From Azolla caroliniana (lineage: Eukaryota; Plantae; Polypodiophyta), in the NCBI GenBank assembly GCA_043228905.1, contig JBHGNT010000018.1, positions 6,758,001-6,822,000 of the forward strand: DNA of 64,000 nucleotides, in the 5' to 3' direction. Positions 1-11,100 of this stretch are shown piece after piece. Made by a program: the position numbers and the translations under genes. Numbering within the stretch: the first letter of the stretch is position 1; each line of letters starts with the position of its first letter. Under the pieces are notes generated by a model. It had not been told where the DNA came from. It searched no databases and was given only the letters and a program-made list of their open reading frames with translations.

Positions 1-1722
1 AGATGTTGTATGGTCTTGGTCATATTTGAACTCGAGACCTTGAGAATAAATACATTAAACACTTGAGCCAACCAAGTAAGTTACTCTTCTCGAATGCTTA
101 ATGTTTGATGCGTATAAAAGATATGCGAGGCAATTGATCATATATGTTTTTTTTAAAAGAACATATATGTCAAGGGTCCTTATTTCACCCTCATCTACCA
201 AAACTATGTTGGTACATTACCTAACCTCAAGCCTTGTAATTACGATGGCATACGCCAAAGTGCAACCTAATGGTCAAGCCAAAATGAGCCCTCGTTTCGT
301 AGTAGGCTCACGTGGGCCATCACATGGTCATGTCATTACGAATGCCTCTCGTAAGAACGAGCTCATGGTGGCATCGTATCCATGTAACGAGGGAGGGATG
401 TTGGATACGTGCGTCATTGGAGCGACCTCACTTGAAGTGGGTCAAGCCCTACGTACTCAACATCATTATGGCTATTGGCGTTTCTTTACGTAACGAAATC
501 GAGGTCATCAACGGGGTTATCAACAATAAAAAATTGTTGAAAAAGGAATGGTGACAACGCCATTCTCACAAAAATGTGAGGACGGCCACCAACATCCTTT
601 TCCTGACAAGGACAACTTTCGATATAATCACGTATTAACGAATATACACATATGTTCACTTATCACATATATACGATCAAATACATATATATGTGACCAC
701 ATATGCCTATATTAAACATATCGTTTATATTAAATAGCCACAAATGATGTGATCGAGATACGTAATCGAGGTATATACCACTACGCACACGAAACATCCT
801 CAAATAAGAGATCATCGTAATACGCAATTGAGGTATTGACCTCTTACGCATACAAGACCAACCGCATATCGTTTACAACAAATCAAGGTATTAAACCCAT
901 ACGCAAACGTAACATATGTTCGTGAACGTAATACGTAATTGAGGTATTAACCTCGTACGCATACGACACTCATCACATATTATTAATATGTCAAACGAGG
1001 TATTGGCCTCGTGCACATATGTAAACGTTTTAGATAATCAATTAAAGACCACTACAACATCATTGACTTAATGAAAAAAATTACATATAAACTAAACACA
1101 TGATTAGATGGGAGAAGAGAGAATAGAAAGAAAAATTATGGAAAGAGTTACCGAAGTTCTTTGCTGATCGTTGTCTGGATCAAGGCCGACCGCACATTGA
1201 TCGATCAGCATCAATCAAAAGACAAATGAAAAACAAAGAAACATTAGTACGTAGCTCTGATACCAAACATTATAGATCTAAGTACTAAAGTAAGCTTAAG
1301 ATAAGGATAAAGTAATGATAGATAGAAAGGAGAAAGAGAAAGAAGGGTGCCGATCCACCCGACCACCCCCGAGCGAAGGGATCGAGACGGACTCGAGCCT
1401 CGATCGGCGTCCCATACCACTGTCGTGGCGTCGAGTCGTACCTGGTGCTGGCGCGCTCGCTACAAGAGTTGACCCACCACACGAGCAGAGTCTCGATGTA
1501 GTCAAAAGATGATCAAATGAGGGTAGCTAGGCCTCTTATTTATAGCGATACCCAAGGCCCCCAGGCAAGTTCACACTTGACCTAATGGGTTGTCTCAATC
1601 CCGAGGATTAAAAGTAATCCTCCCCTTCTTTACACTCTCGTTTAACCCTCACACTTATCCACGTGTATAGAATACTACAGTAAATTCTCACCATGGGATA
1701 TTAAATGGTCATACCCATAACA
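1..1722 (-). mobile_element. 5' part of an LTR retrotransposon (5' LTR about 1268-1722, PBS 1254-1265); internal region runs off the left edge and shows no recognisable coding domain
   Basis: The reverse complement begins TGTTATGGGTATGACCAT..., matching the LTRs at 48303 and 53644. TGGTATCAGAGC (tRNA-iMet PBS) follows the LTR directly. It is inserted into a copia integrase region at 1723. Confidence 0.85.
755..1020. repeat. Five degenerate 55-62 bp repeats with a GAGGTATTRRCCTC-like core
   Basis: Cores at about 768, 830, 885, 941 and 997. Those at 830, 941 and 997 are self-complementary (e.g. GAGGT-ATTG-ACCTC); those at 768 and 885 are degenerate. Confidence 0.7.
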
Positions 1723-2440
1723 GGCACAGAACGTTAATCTTGGCGGGAGTCGATATTTTGTCTCCTTCATCGACGACTATACGTGGCACACGTGGATCTA
1801 CCTCCTCGAGAAGAAGAGTGAAGTCTTCGACTATTTCCGGGACCTCAAAGGGTTTGTGGAAATGGAAACAGGACGAAAGATCAAGTGCTTGCAGTGGGAT
1901 GGCGGAAAAGAGTACTTTTCCGGTCAATTCAACGAGTATCTACAGCAGATGGGAATTCGGCACGAATTCAGTTGTAGATACACGCCGAGAAAAATGGCGT
2001 GGCCGAGAGGAAGAATCGGTGGATTGTGGAAGTGGCTAGGACAATGCTAGAAGAAAAGAGCTTGCCCAAGTTCTATTGGGCCGAGGCAGTACGAACCGCG
2101 ATATACATCCAAAATCGGATCGGAGAAAAAGTGTCGGCGTATGAGCTGTATTTTGGCAGGAAGTCGAATGTGCGACACTTGAGAGTTTTCGGTAGCATTG
2201 TATATGTGCATGTACCGAAGGAGAAACGGAGGAAGGTGGATGCGAAAGCCGAGAAGAGTATCTTGGTCAGCTACTCGGATGAGCAGAAGGGTTATAAGTG
2301 TTATAACCCTCGCACCAAACAAGCGCGCGTGAGCCGCGACGTTGTGTTTAACGAGTCTGCGTCTTGGTACTTGCCTCCGACTCCGGACCTCACCTCCAAC
2401 CTGAGCTCTGATGATGAGGTCAGCAAAGCCGAGATGCCTC
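1723..2440 (+). mobile_element. Ty1/copia pol fragment (integrase core and SH3-like region), frameshifted
   Basis: KIKCLQWDGGKEY, AERKNR, FYWAEAVRTAIY, HLRVFGS and GYKCYNP..VSRDVVF motifs. Confidence 0.9.
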
Positions 2441-5153
2441 TAGAGAGGGTTATAACACTTATAACCCTTCTGCTCGTCCAAGTAGCCGACCAAGATACAC
2501 TTCTCGGCTTTCGCGTCCAAGTTCCTCCATTTCTCCTTCGGTACATGCACATACACAATGCTACCGAAGACTCTCAAGTGTCGTAGATTCGGCTTCCTTC
2601 CGAAATACTGCCATGCGCCGATACTTTGTCTCCGATCCGATTATGGATGTATACTATGGTTCTTATCGCCTCAACCCAATAGAACTTGGGCAAGCTCTTC
2701 TCCTCCAGCATTGCCCATGCCGCTTCCACAACTGACCTGTTCTGCCTCTCGGCCATGTTGTTTTGCTCCGGCGTGTATCTACAACTGAATTCACGCTGAA
2801 TTCCCATCTGTTGCAGATAGCCGTTGAATTGACCGGAAAAGTATTCTTTTCCGCCATCCGACTGTAGGCACTTGATCTTTCGTCCTATTTCCGTTTCCAC
2901 GAACCCTTTGAGGTCCCGGAAGCAGTCGAAGACTTCACTCTTCTTCTCGATGAGATAGATCCACGTGTGCCACGTATAGTCGTCGATGAAGGAGACAAAA
3001 TATCGACTCCCGCCAAGACTAACGTTCTGTGTTGGCCCCCATACATCGGAATGTATCAAGTCGAGCTTGTTTTGGCTCCAGTTATGCTCGTTAGGGAAAG
3101 GAAGTCGGTGTTGCTTCCCGAGTTGACAGGCTTCACAAATTCGTGCCTTCCGGCCACTAAATTTGGGCAATCCAAACACCACCTATTTCGATTGCAGGTC
3201 CTGAAGTCGTTGATAGTTGACGTGGCCTATCCGCTTGTGCCATAAGTCAATATCCGACTCAACTTTTTGTCCTTTCGCGAACATTGCGGTGCCACCGTCA
3301 CTAGAGTCGAGGGTAAACATCCTCCCGTCTTTGCACCCTTGCGCAATAACTCGGCCTTCTTCCTCGATGAAGCACCCGAGATGTGTAAATCGAACTTGCA
3401 TCCCCTGGTCGACGATTTGCCCAACCGACACGAGGTTCTTTGTTATTGTCGGGATGTGTAACACGTTCATGAGTTTCCCTTTCTGCCCGACATGGCTCAG
3501 GGGAACTTCACCGACATTCGCGATCAAATGTGGAGTATCTTCTCCGGTTGCGACTACTCCCAGTTGCATCGGTTTTTCTAGGTACGAGAACCACTCCTTG
3601 TGGCACGTCATGTGGTTTGACGCGCCGGAGTCCACGTACCACACCTCGTCCGACTTCAGGGTGATCTTCTTCATCGAGTTTTCTTCGTGTCTCGTCACAA
3701 AGACTGACCCTTTTTCGGTTCCTTCGGCGTAGTGCGATCGCTTCCGATTACCCTTGTCGATCTGTCCGGAACCCGATCCGGACCCGGTTCTCTCCGAATC
3801 GGCGCACTTTTTCCAGCACTTGCTCTCCCTGTGGCCTTTCTTGCCATAGTACCAGCATTCCGCCACGGATTTCTCATGCCGATTCTCGTCGCCTCGACTC
3901 CCCCTGTTTCCGGAGGGTCTGAAATTGTTGTCGGCATCACTTCGGTGCCTTCTTCCTTGATCCACCTCCATTGCGCACCGACTCGCCTCATCCGCCACGA
4001 CCACGGGGCCTATCTCCCTCCGTGTACAACATCTTGTTGTCGGCATGCGTGCTCGTCGACGCACCTGCGTGGTTTTCCTCTATAAGGAGCATCGACAATA
4101 GATCGAAAAACGACGATGTATTCTCCCGTGTACACTATACACACAATAGTTCGGAATGCTCCGAACTTAGACGCCAGTCCCCCGAGACAGATCTGCACCA
4201 TCTCACCTTCCTCAACCTCCACATCGACGGAGGCTAAAGAGTCACATATATCTTTGATCTTCGAGGTGTAATTGGCCACCGACAAGTCGCGTTGTCGTAG
4301 GTTTCTCAGCTCCTGTCGGAGTTGAAGCTTCCTAACTGTAGTGCTTGCGGTGAAAATCTTCTTCAAATTTCCCCAAGCATCCTTCGGCGTTTCCGCATCC
4401 CGAATATAGCTTAGAAGTCGTTCGCCTACACAAGACGCGAAGCAATACAGTACTCTGCTCGCGACTGTTCCCACACTGGGAAATCTTTGTGTGTCGATTC
4501 GGGTGTTGTGTCATTTGCTCCATAGACATAGCTCCAGTAACCGTGCCCGAGCAGGTACTGGTGCATCTTGTAGGACCAAGACGCGTAGTTGTTTCTGTCG
4601 AGCTTCTCCGTCGGAAGCGAGCTAGCCATGCCTCTATCCATCGGTTTTACCTGTTCTTCTTGGTTGGTTTTCCTTTTAAGCTAGGTCGGCTGCAAAGGTT
4701 CTCAACCCTCGCGCTTTGATACCATATAAAGAATAGTGTGCGGAAGCAATAGGAAATCGAACGTAGAAAATATGCAGGTTTAATGGAGAGCTTGTATATG
4801 CACAGTACGCAGGAGAGACAGAGAGAGAGAGAGAGAACACAGAAAATAAAACTTGATTCAAATAATATTCAATTTGTACATAGGATGTGCTTAGTGAGCA
4901 CTTTTATACAAGTCCATACTGACTGACAGAAGTACTGACACGTACTTCAATGCTCATCAGTGCGCTCTACACTAACTCCCAAAATGTATTCCTCCGCGGA
5001 ATATCTTCCTAACGGCCTCACGGTTTACACATCGATACGGCTTCTCGTTGTGTATCGGTCTGTGCACCGGTTTACGCATCCATTTTTCGCACCGGTCCGG
5101 CCTAACCGATCGATCCCAACTGTTACTTCGTAGGGCCGGACCATCGCCTAACA
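2441..5153 (-). mobile_element. Ty1/copia element, 3'-truncated: 5' LTR about 4727-5153, PBS 4713-4724, then gag, protease, GAG-pre-integrase and integrase
   Basis: LTR starts TGTTAGGCG; PBS TGGTATCAAAGC; gag LDRNNYASWSYKM; protease WYVDSGASNHMT; integrase LWHKRIGH, CEACQLGK and LIHSDVWGP. Contains stops and frameshifts. Confidence 0.92.
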
Positions 5154-5186
5154 CAGGGTGTCTACAAAAGACACTTCACCAAAGGG

Positions 5187-5518
5187 TGTTAGGGTGGAAC
5201 AAAGTTAGACCGACAATTAAGCCGACCTTAATCGGTTTCTTTAACAACAGAACCTTAATCTTAATACACGCGTAAGATAGAAAGTAATTAGCACAGAACG
5301 GTTATCAATGCATAGAGATAAGGAATTAGAGCTTTATTAATTCTCCGTTGTCATTTACAATGTAATCGGGGCTTTTTATAGATCACCGGCTCTGCCTACA
5401 AAATGGTGCCAATTGGCACACTAATATGAACCGGTCCGGATTCCGGATCGGCATACCGATTCCGGTCTGTCCGTTCACTTCTCTAAAATCTACTTAATTA
5501 CTTAATATCCTAATAACA
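5187..5518 (-). mobile_element. 3' LTR of a minus-strand retroelement whose body lies to the right
   Basis: TGTTA...TAACA termini; purine-rich GGAAGGGCAGAAATAATCGGAGGC directly before the LTR on the minus strand (PPT position); internal TATAAAAAG on the minus strand. Confidence 0.7.
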
Positions 5519-5689
5519 GCCTCCGATTATTTCTGCCCTTCCATATTCTAGACTATCCTTCACCCCTTACCGGCTGGCTAACACATGGCACGCTGATGGG
5601 ACAGTAGCTTGTACGTCAAATTCCACTATCCGGTCTTCAATCCTCGTCTAAAATGTTCAGAATGCTCTGATCGAGGGGCTCTAAGGGTT

Positions 5690-7222
5690 CTTCAGAAGGC
5701 TGATTGGATTGTTGTTGCTGCTCCTCCTATTGTTGCTCCTCTTGCGGCTGCACCGTTGGTTGTGAAAGTTGCTCCGGCTGCTGCACCGTTGGCTGTTGCT
5801 GTTGTTCCTGCTGTTGCGCGGTCTCCGGCTCTTCTGAGCGTTGCTCCTCCAATGGTTGTGTTGGTGGTTGTTGCGGCGCCTCCTCCCTTGGCTGCTCCTC
5901 CTAAGTTACATCCGGTTGGCTTGTCCCGGCCTTGGCTCTGTCCGTCCCTTGGTCCGACGATGGCTCTTCATCACTAAGATTGATTGTTGTCGTCCTCTTC
6001 GTCGCCTCTTGCGGTAGCCTCTCCTTTTCGTAACTTTCAAATTGGATTTGGTTATCCAGCCGATCATCGTCCAGTTGTGCCACTAGTTGCCGGACCACCG
6101 TTATTTGTTCATCAGCCAAGGCTACAAAGTTCTCCGCCAATTCGTCTTTCACGGCAGCAAAGTCTTCCTTTTCCAGTTTGTAGAACTCATCACCTTCTTT
6201 CTGCCAGTTTTCCGCGTCTACCATCAGCAACTGTAACTCGGCACCGTGCTTCGCCCATTTTGACCACCATACTACTGAGTTGTCTTCAATCAACCACTTC
6301 ATTCGATTCGGGACATGCATGTACAATGCACCGAATCCGCTCCAGCCCCATCTTTGATTTATCTTCAGCGGCCTGCCAGTCATCTTTCAACTGTTTAATC
6401 AGGTTCACCGTTACCATTTCCTGGTCCTTGTAGCGCATCAGTTGATTCTGATACGTTGTCTGCACTCTTTGTAAGACCATGGTAGCGCGTTCTGTTTCCC
6501 CCTGATGTTGCATTTGGAGTTCCATGCGTTCCTTCGCCACTTCAGCTCGGATGGTTTCCTTCTCAGCCCGTTCTTCTGCTAGTGTCGTCTCTGCTCGTTG
6601 CACTTCATTCCAGAGCTTGAACATCTTTTCTTGTTGCCGGTCACTATCGGTGATAAGCTTCTTGTACTCCGACTCAACATGTTTATAATCCCGGTGCAGG
6701 CGGTCAAACTCTTCTAATTTCTGCTTCAGCTTCTGATTGATCTGGCGGCGAGCTCGGTCTTCCCTATCCTTTTGCTGCTGAAGCTCTTCTTTGAGTCTCT
6801 CAATCTCCGTTTCCGCCATCCTTCGGAGTTTATCCTTCTCTTGCAGTACTTTTTCCTTCTCTTCCTTAAGCCGCTCATAGGCTTGGTGTCCCTTCCGCAA
6901 AATGTCTTCTGCTTGTCGGATATTGTCAGCAGTCTTCCGTTGTTCCTCCTCCGCCACCATTCGTAATTCTCTTTCCCTGGCCTGTAATGCTTCCTGTGCG
7001 GCCAGGTCTTCTTTGAGAATGGCAAGCTCTTGCGCTTGCGCTGTACTTATATCTGGGATTGTCCCGGCATCAGGGTCGTATTATTATGTATAGTTGCCGG
7101 TGTGTCATTATTTTGTACATGTACCGGAGCCACCGAGTCCTGATCCTAGGGTCCTGTGATGACCTTCTAAGCCAATTCTTCCTTGGCTATTTCTATTTCT
7201 CGTTCCAAGTTTCGTATAACCC
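5690..7222 (-). pseudogene. Retroelement accessory ORF (long coiled-coil with Q/A/P low-complexity tail), disrupted
   Basis: ORFs 6286-6960 and 5901-6383 overlap across a frameshift and are E/K/Q/R heptad-rich. The frame extends to about 7222 with stops. It lies in sense orientation just upstream of the PPT and 3' LTR. Confidence 0.6.
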
Positions 7223-7903
7223 CACCCTATGACTCTCAAATCTTACCATTTATTCTATACTAGTAATATACATAAAATATGTAAAGCATACTTTATATAT
7301 ACTTTATATTACATAAAGGATTTGCTTCATCATACTAGTATTTTGAGACTCAAACCCACAACCTCATACACCAAAGTCAACACACCTACCATTAGGCTAG
7401 GCCCTTTCTCTTTAAATTTATGTTTTCATGTTTATTGTTATTGCATATATTGTTTCATACATAAAAGCTCAAATGAGCGAGATGTTTATCATGCATCACA
7501 TGTAATGCATGAACGCCAAATGGCGATCATGCATCACATGCATTTCATGCATTACATGCATGACTTGTACCCTCCAATGCATCATATGCATGGGGGCACC
7601 TATTTAAATGGTGAAAGAGAATATCAAAGGGAGATATGTATGCGATATCAATCAAATTATTTATTACATAAGAGATACCATAAAAATAGAGAGAGAAGGG
7701 AAGAAGTTTAACATAAACGTGGAGCTCTAGCTTGGCGGTCGTGGTGGTCAACTCTCAACAAGAGGGAGGCGGTTCGAGCCTTATCTTCATCAAAATATTG
7801 AAGTGAAGATTGTAGTGGTCTACGATCAAGAAAGAGAAGAGTGATTACCTTGCAAGACAAAGTTCGGAGGTTCAACGACGTGCACAATCACTTTGTAACT
7901 CTA

Positions 7904-7972
7904 CATCGGATTTCGGTTGAAAGGTCCTGCCTTCAACCAAAATCCGATGCACTGCATCGGATTTCGGTTGAA
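7904..7972. repeat. Three alternating copies of CATCGGATTTCGGTTGAA forming inverted repeats
   Basis: 7904-7921 forward, 7932-7951 reverse, 7953-7972 forward. The last two make a palindrome with 20-bp arms, one mismatch and a 1-nt loop. Confidence 0.9.
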
Positions 7973-8103
7973 AAATATGTTGTTTTTGCGATAAAAAACT
8001 ATCGCATGGGACCATAAAATTGACGTAATTTAAATGATAATTTGCGTGATTTAGATGAAATTGTACGTTGTTTCTATGTTTTCACCAACGTTTTTAATTT
8101 CAG

Positions 8104-11100
8104 TGAACCCAGACAAAAAGTTCCTTCATTTAGATTGAAGATTCGATCTCCGACAAAACGAGATTCTGGCTCCTTCATGAAGGACACGAGTAAAAAAAAT
8201 TTATTTGACTCAACGGGGGAAGGAGGATCCAAGTCATCTGTGGCTACTACCAATATCAACAAAGGTAGTACGCAAGAGGAGAACACGGTTGAGGTGAAAT
8301 ATAAGGATTACCCCGAACTTGAATGGTGTCTCTCTTATGTCGAGGAGGATGGGGTGCTGTTATTGATAACGGCAAAATCGGACAGGGAAGGGAAACTTCA
8401 GCTTGGAAAAACATTTAATTACGGGCATGTAACCAAGCTAGAGTACGAAGACATTGATTCTACATGTATTTTAATCGACGTCTCGAGCTCAGTTGGCGAC
8501 AGGCGATTGCGACTTGATGAGGGAAACCTAGTACCCGAATCTTGCAATCCCAAGGCTTTGCGTAAAGACCTGCAAACGAAAAATAACTTGTTGGTAGCTC
8601 TTCGGTCGTAAGTGACAGGAGAGATGATGACCAGTGAAGCAGAAACTCCACCGAAAAAGTCTAGGAAGACAAATCCTGTTCAAAAGAAATATACTAAACG
8701 ACCACGACCCGAAGAAGAAGAAGAAGAAATATAGAGTTCGTGGAAGAAGAAGACGACCAACAAGTCGACGTCGTGGCTCCAGGCGGACAACTATCTTCTG
8801 GTGTCCTGACGTCAGAACAAAATAAAATAAGAGAAAATATTGTGAAGACTAAACTTGTGCGCAGGGGCCAGCTATTTCATTTGCCCATTACTTCTATCCA
8901 AAGGCCCCCCATTGACCCCGTGACTGGAAGACGTCCCTTGGAAATTAGGGAGCCGCACTCCGTCCATGTGCAAAACCTGAAAAGCAAAATGAAAATCAAT
9001 CCTCACGCTACTGTGGTGCCATTTTTGGTAATGGTTGATCAAGAACAATGCCCAACAGTAGCAGATTTCAAGTATAGCTCTGCAGACGATTACACATACT
9101 ATGTAATCGGAGGATCACATTCGGCCGAAGCTCGACGACAGCTTGTCAAAGAATATCCTCTCACGCCGTTCTTCAAATACGCCGAATGTAAGGTATATGC
9201 AGGACTAACTCACGAGGAGGCGAAGCTGCTCGCATGGGACCATAACAATGACAACGATTATAGCCAAAAGATGTCATGTATAGAGAGGATAAGATTTTTT
9301 CATCATGAATACCTCGATGCCTTGAATCGTTTTGGTCCAAGATTGTGGCCTGGATTGCGACGTCAGTGTTTATTGGAAGTAGGGATTGCAGTGGATGAGA
9401 GTACGAAATCCGAAGGTCTTCGAAAATATGATTCTTGGTTTCAACTAGCTTTTCGAACCGGAGAAGTGTGGGATCTCCAAGACAAAATATTCTCTATGTG
9501 GGAGCGGAAAGAAGTCAAGGGGCAAAGATCAAAAAAGGGAAGAATTGATCCACAAGTTGAGATGAAATCAAAGACCAAGGGAAAAAGCGACTTGGTAATC
9601 GAGGAGTTACTAGAGGACCTGAAACTTTTACCTTGGAGATCATTACAAGGTATCAAAGATGATAGATTGTTAATATCCGTGCTATCTCGAGTGGTCGCCA
9701 AGGAATTTAGTTTGGACGAGATGGTAACAGACTTGCAAAAGTAAGTGTTTATAGTATACCTTTTCATGAAAGTCTTCAATTATTTTGAATATCTTATTTC
9801 TAATTTCATATTGATTGTGCAGTCACAAGGTATACATGAAGATTCAGGAGTTGATGATGCAAAAACTGAGTTTACCGACATGGGAAGAAGTTGAACAAGC
9901 CTGCCCAATAACTTCTTCCTACAAGGCATTGGAGGAATATTTTATTGTATTTAGAGAATGGGTATGTGTCTTTTGAATGTTGATATGTTAGAAAGTAATG
10001 TTCCCTGCTAACAACAATGACACTTGCAGAAACCATCAAAATCGAAAAAGAACAACGACAATAATGACGGTATTCCAGCAGCCTTCATCACGCACTTAGA
10101 ACGTGCGAAATATGAGAAGAGAATGACCAAAGGGAAGGAAATGGAACTGCCCGAGGATTCGGAGACTGTAAAGAGTTTTTTGCATAGGTCCGATCCTTTC
10201 AAACAGCTTCATTATAGTGTTTTCAATGGCGAAGTATCCCAGATGCTCGAACTGTTACCGAGAAGGCACTACACTTTGCTGATAGCTGACATACCATATG
10301 GTTTCCGTATTGCGGGATCAACATATGATGATGTGCCTTTCAAGTACCCTCAGATCGAGAAAATGGTAAAGGATTTCGCAGAACTGACATTGGCCCCCTT
10401 GTGGAGGATAGTCATATTTCATAGCATGGGGCAATCACTGTCAGTCACAACAGCTTTGAAGTCTCGTTGTCATGCCACTGAACACATGCATTGGTGCATT
10501 ATAGTTCGCTTTTACTCATTACAGTACTTTTTATTATATGTACACATTTACACCTCTAATACTTGATTTTCTTTCTCTATAGGATCAAAACAAATATTAC
10601 ACGTAGCCCTGGCGATCGAATGGTTAGTGCGGTCGAACATTTTTGTGTGGGCTACTATGATTCAATTACAAAGAAGAAGGCTAGAGCACATGTCAATGAG
10701 CGTAACGTGGTTAACTACATCATGTGCCCAGCCGTAACCAAAAAATTAAGACATGTGTCAGGGGATAAAAGTATGGTGAACCCTTATCAAAAACCTCAAA
10801 GATTGATCAACCGCCTCATAGAGCTCTTCTGGAATCCACATGATTGGGTCCTAGACTTGTTCTCTGGCACAGGTATAATATATATATTTAATTTCAATCT
10901 TGTCTATCAAGTTTAAGACGTTACTTCTTATATATACTTGTTTGTGTTCATGCGACCATTAGGTACAACGACAGCTTGTGCATTGAAGATGTTTAGAAAC
11001 TGTGTTGCATTGGAGAAGGACCCTGCTCAAGTTAACTTCATCAAAATGAGGATCACAGGAATCTGGGACTGTCCAGATCAGGATCAAGAAGTCGGAGCAA

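Noticed and set aside
101-554. Plus-strand ORFs of 130 and 80 aa
   Set aside because: No recognisable motifs, and they are antisense to the LTR element interior.
755-1020. CRISPR-like repeat-spacer array
   Set aside because: The repeats are degenerate, the spacers are related to each other, there are no cas genes, and the array lies inside a plant LTR element.
8608-8736. Intron starting at GTAAGT (8608) that would bypass the stop and frameshift
   Set aside because: The nearby AG acceptors (8734, 8736) do not restore the 8740 frame, and the segment is purine-rich and coding-like.
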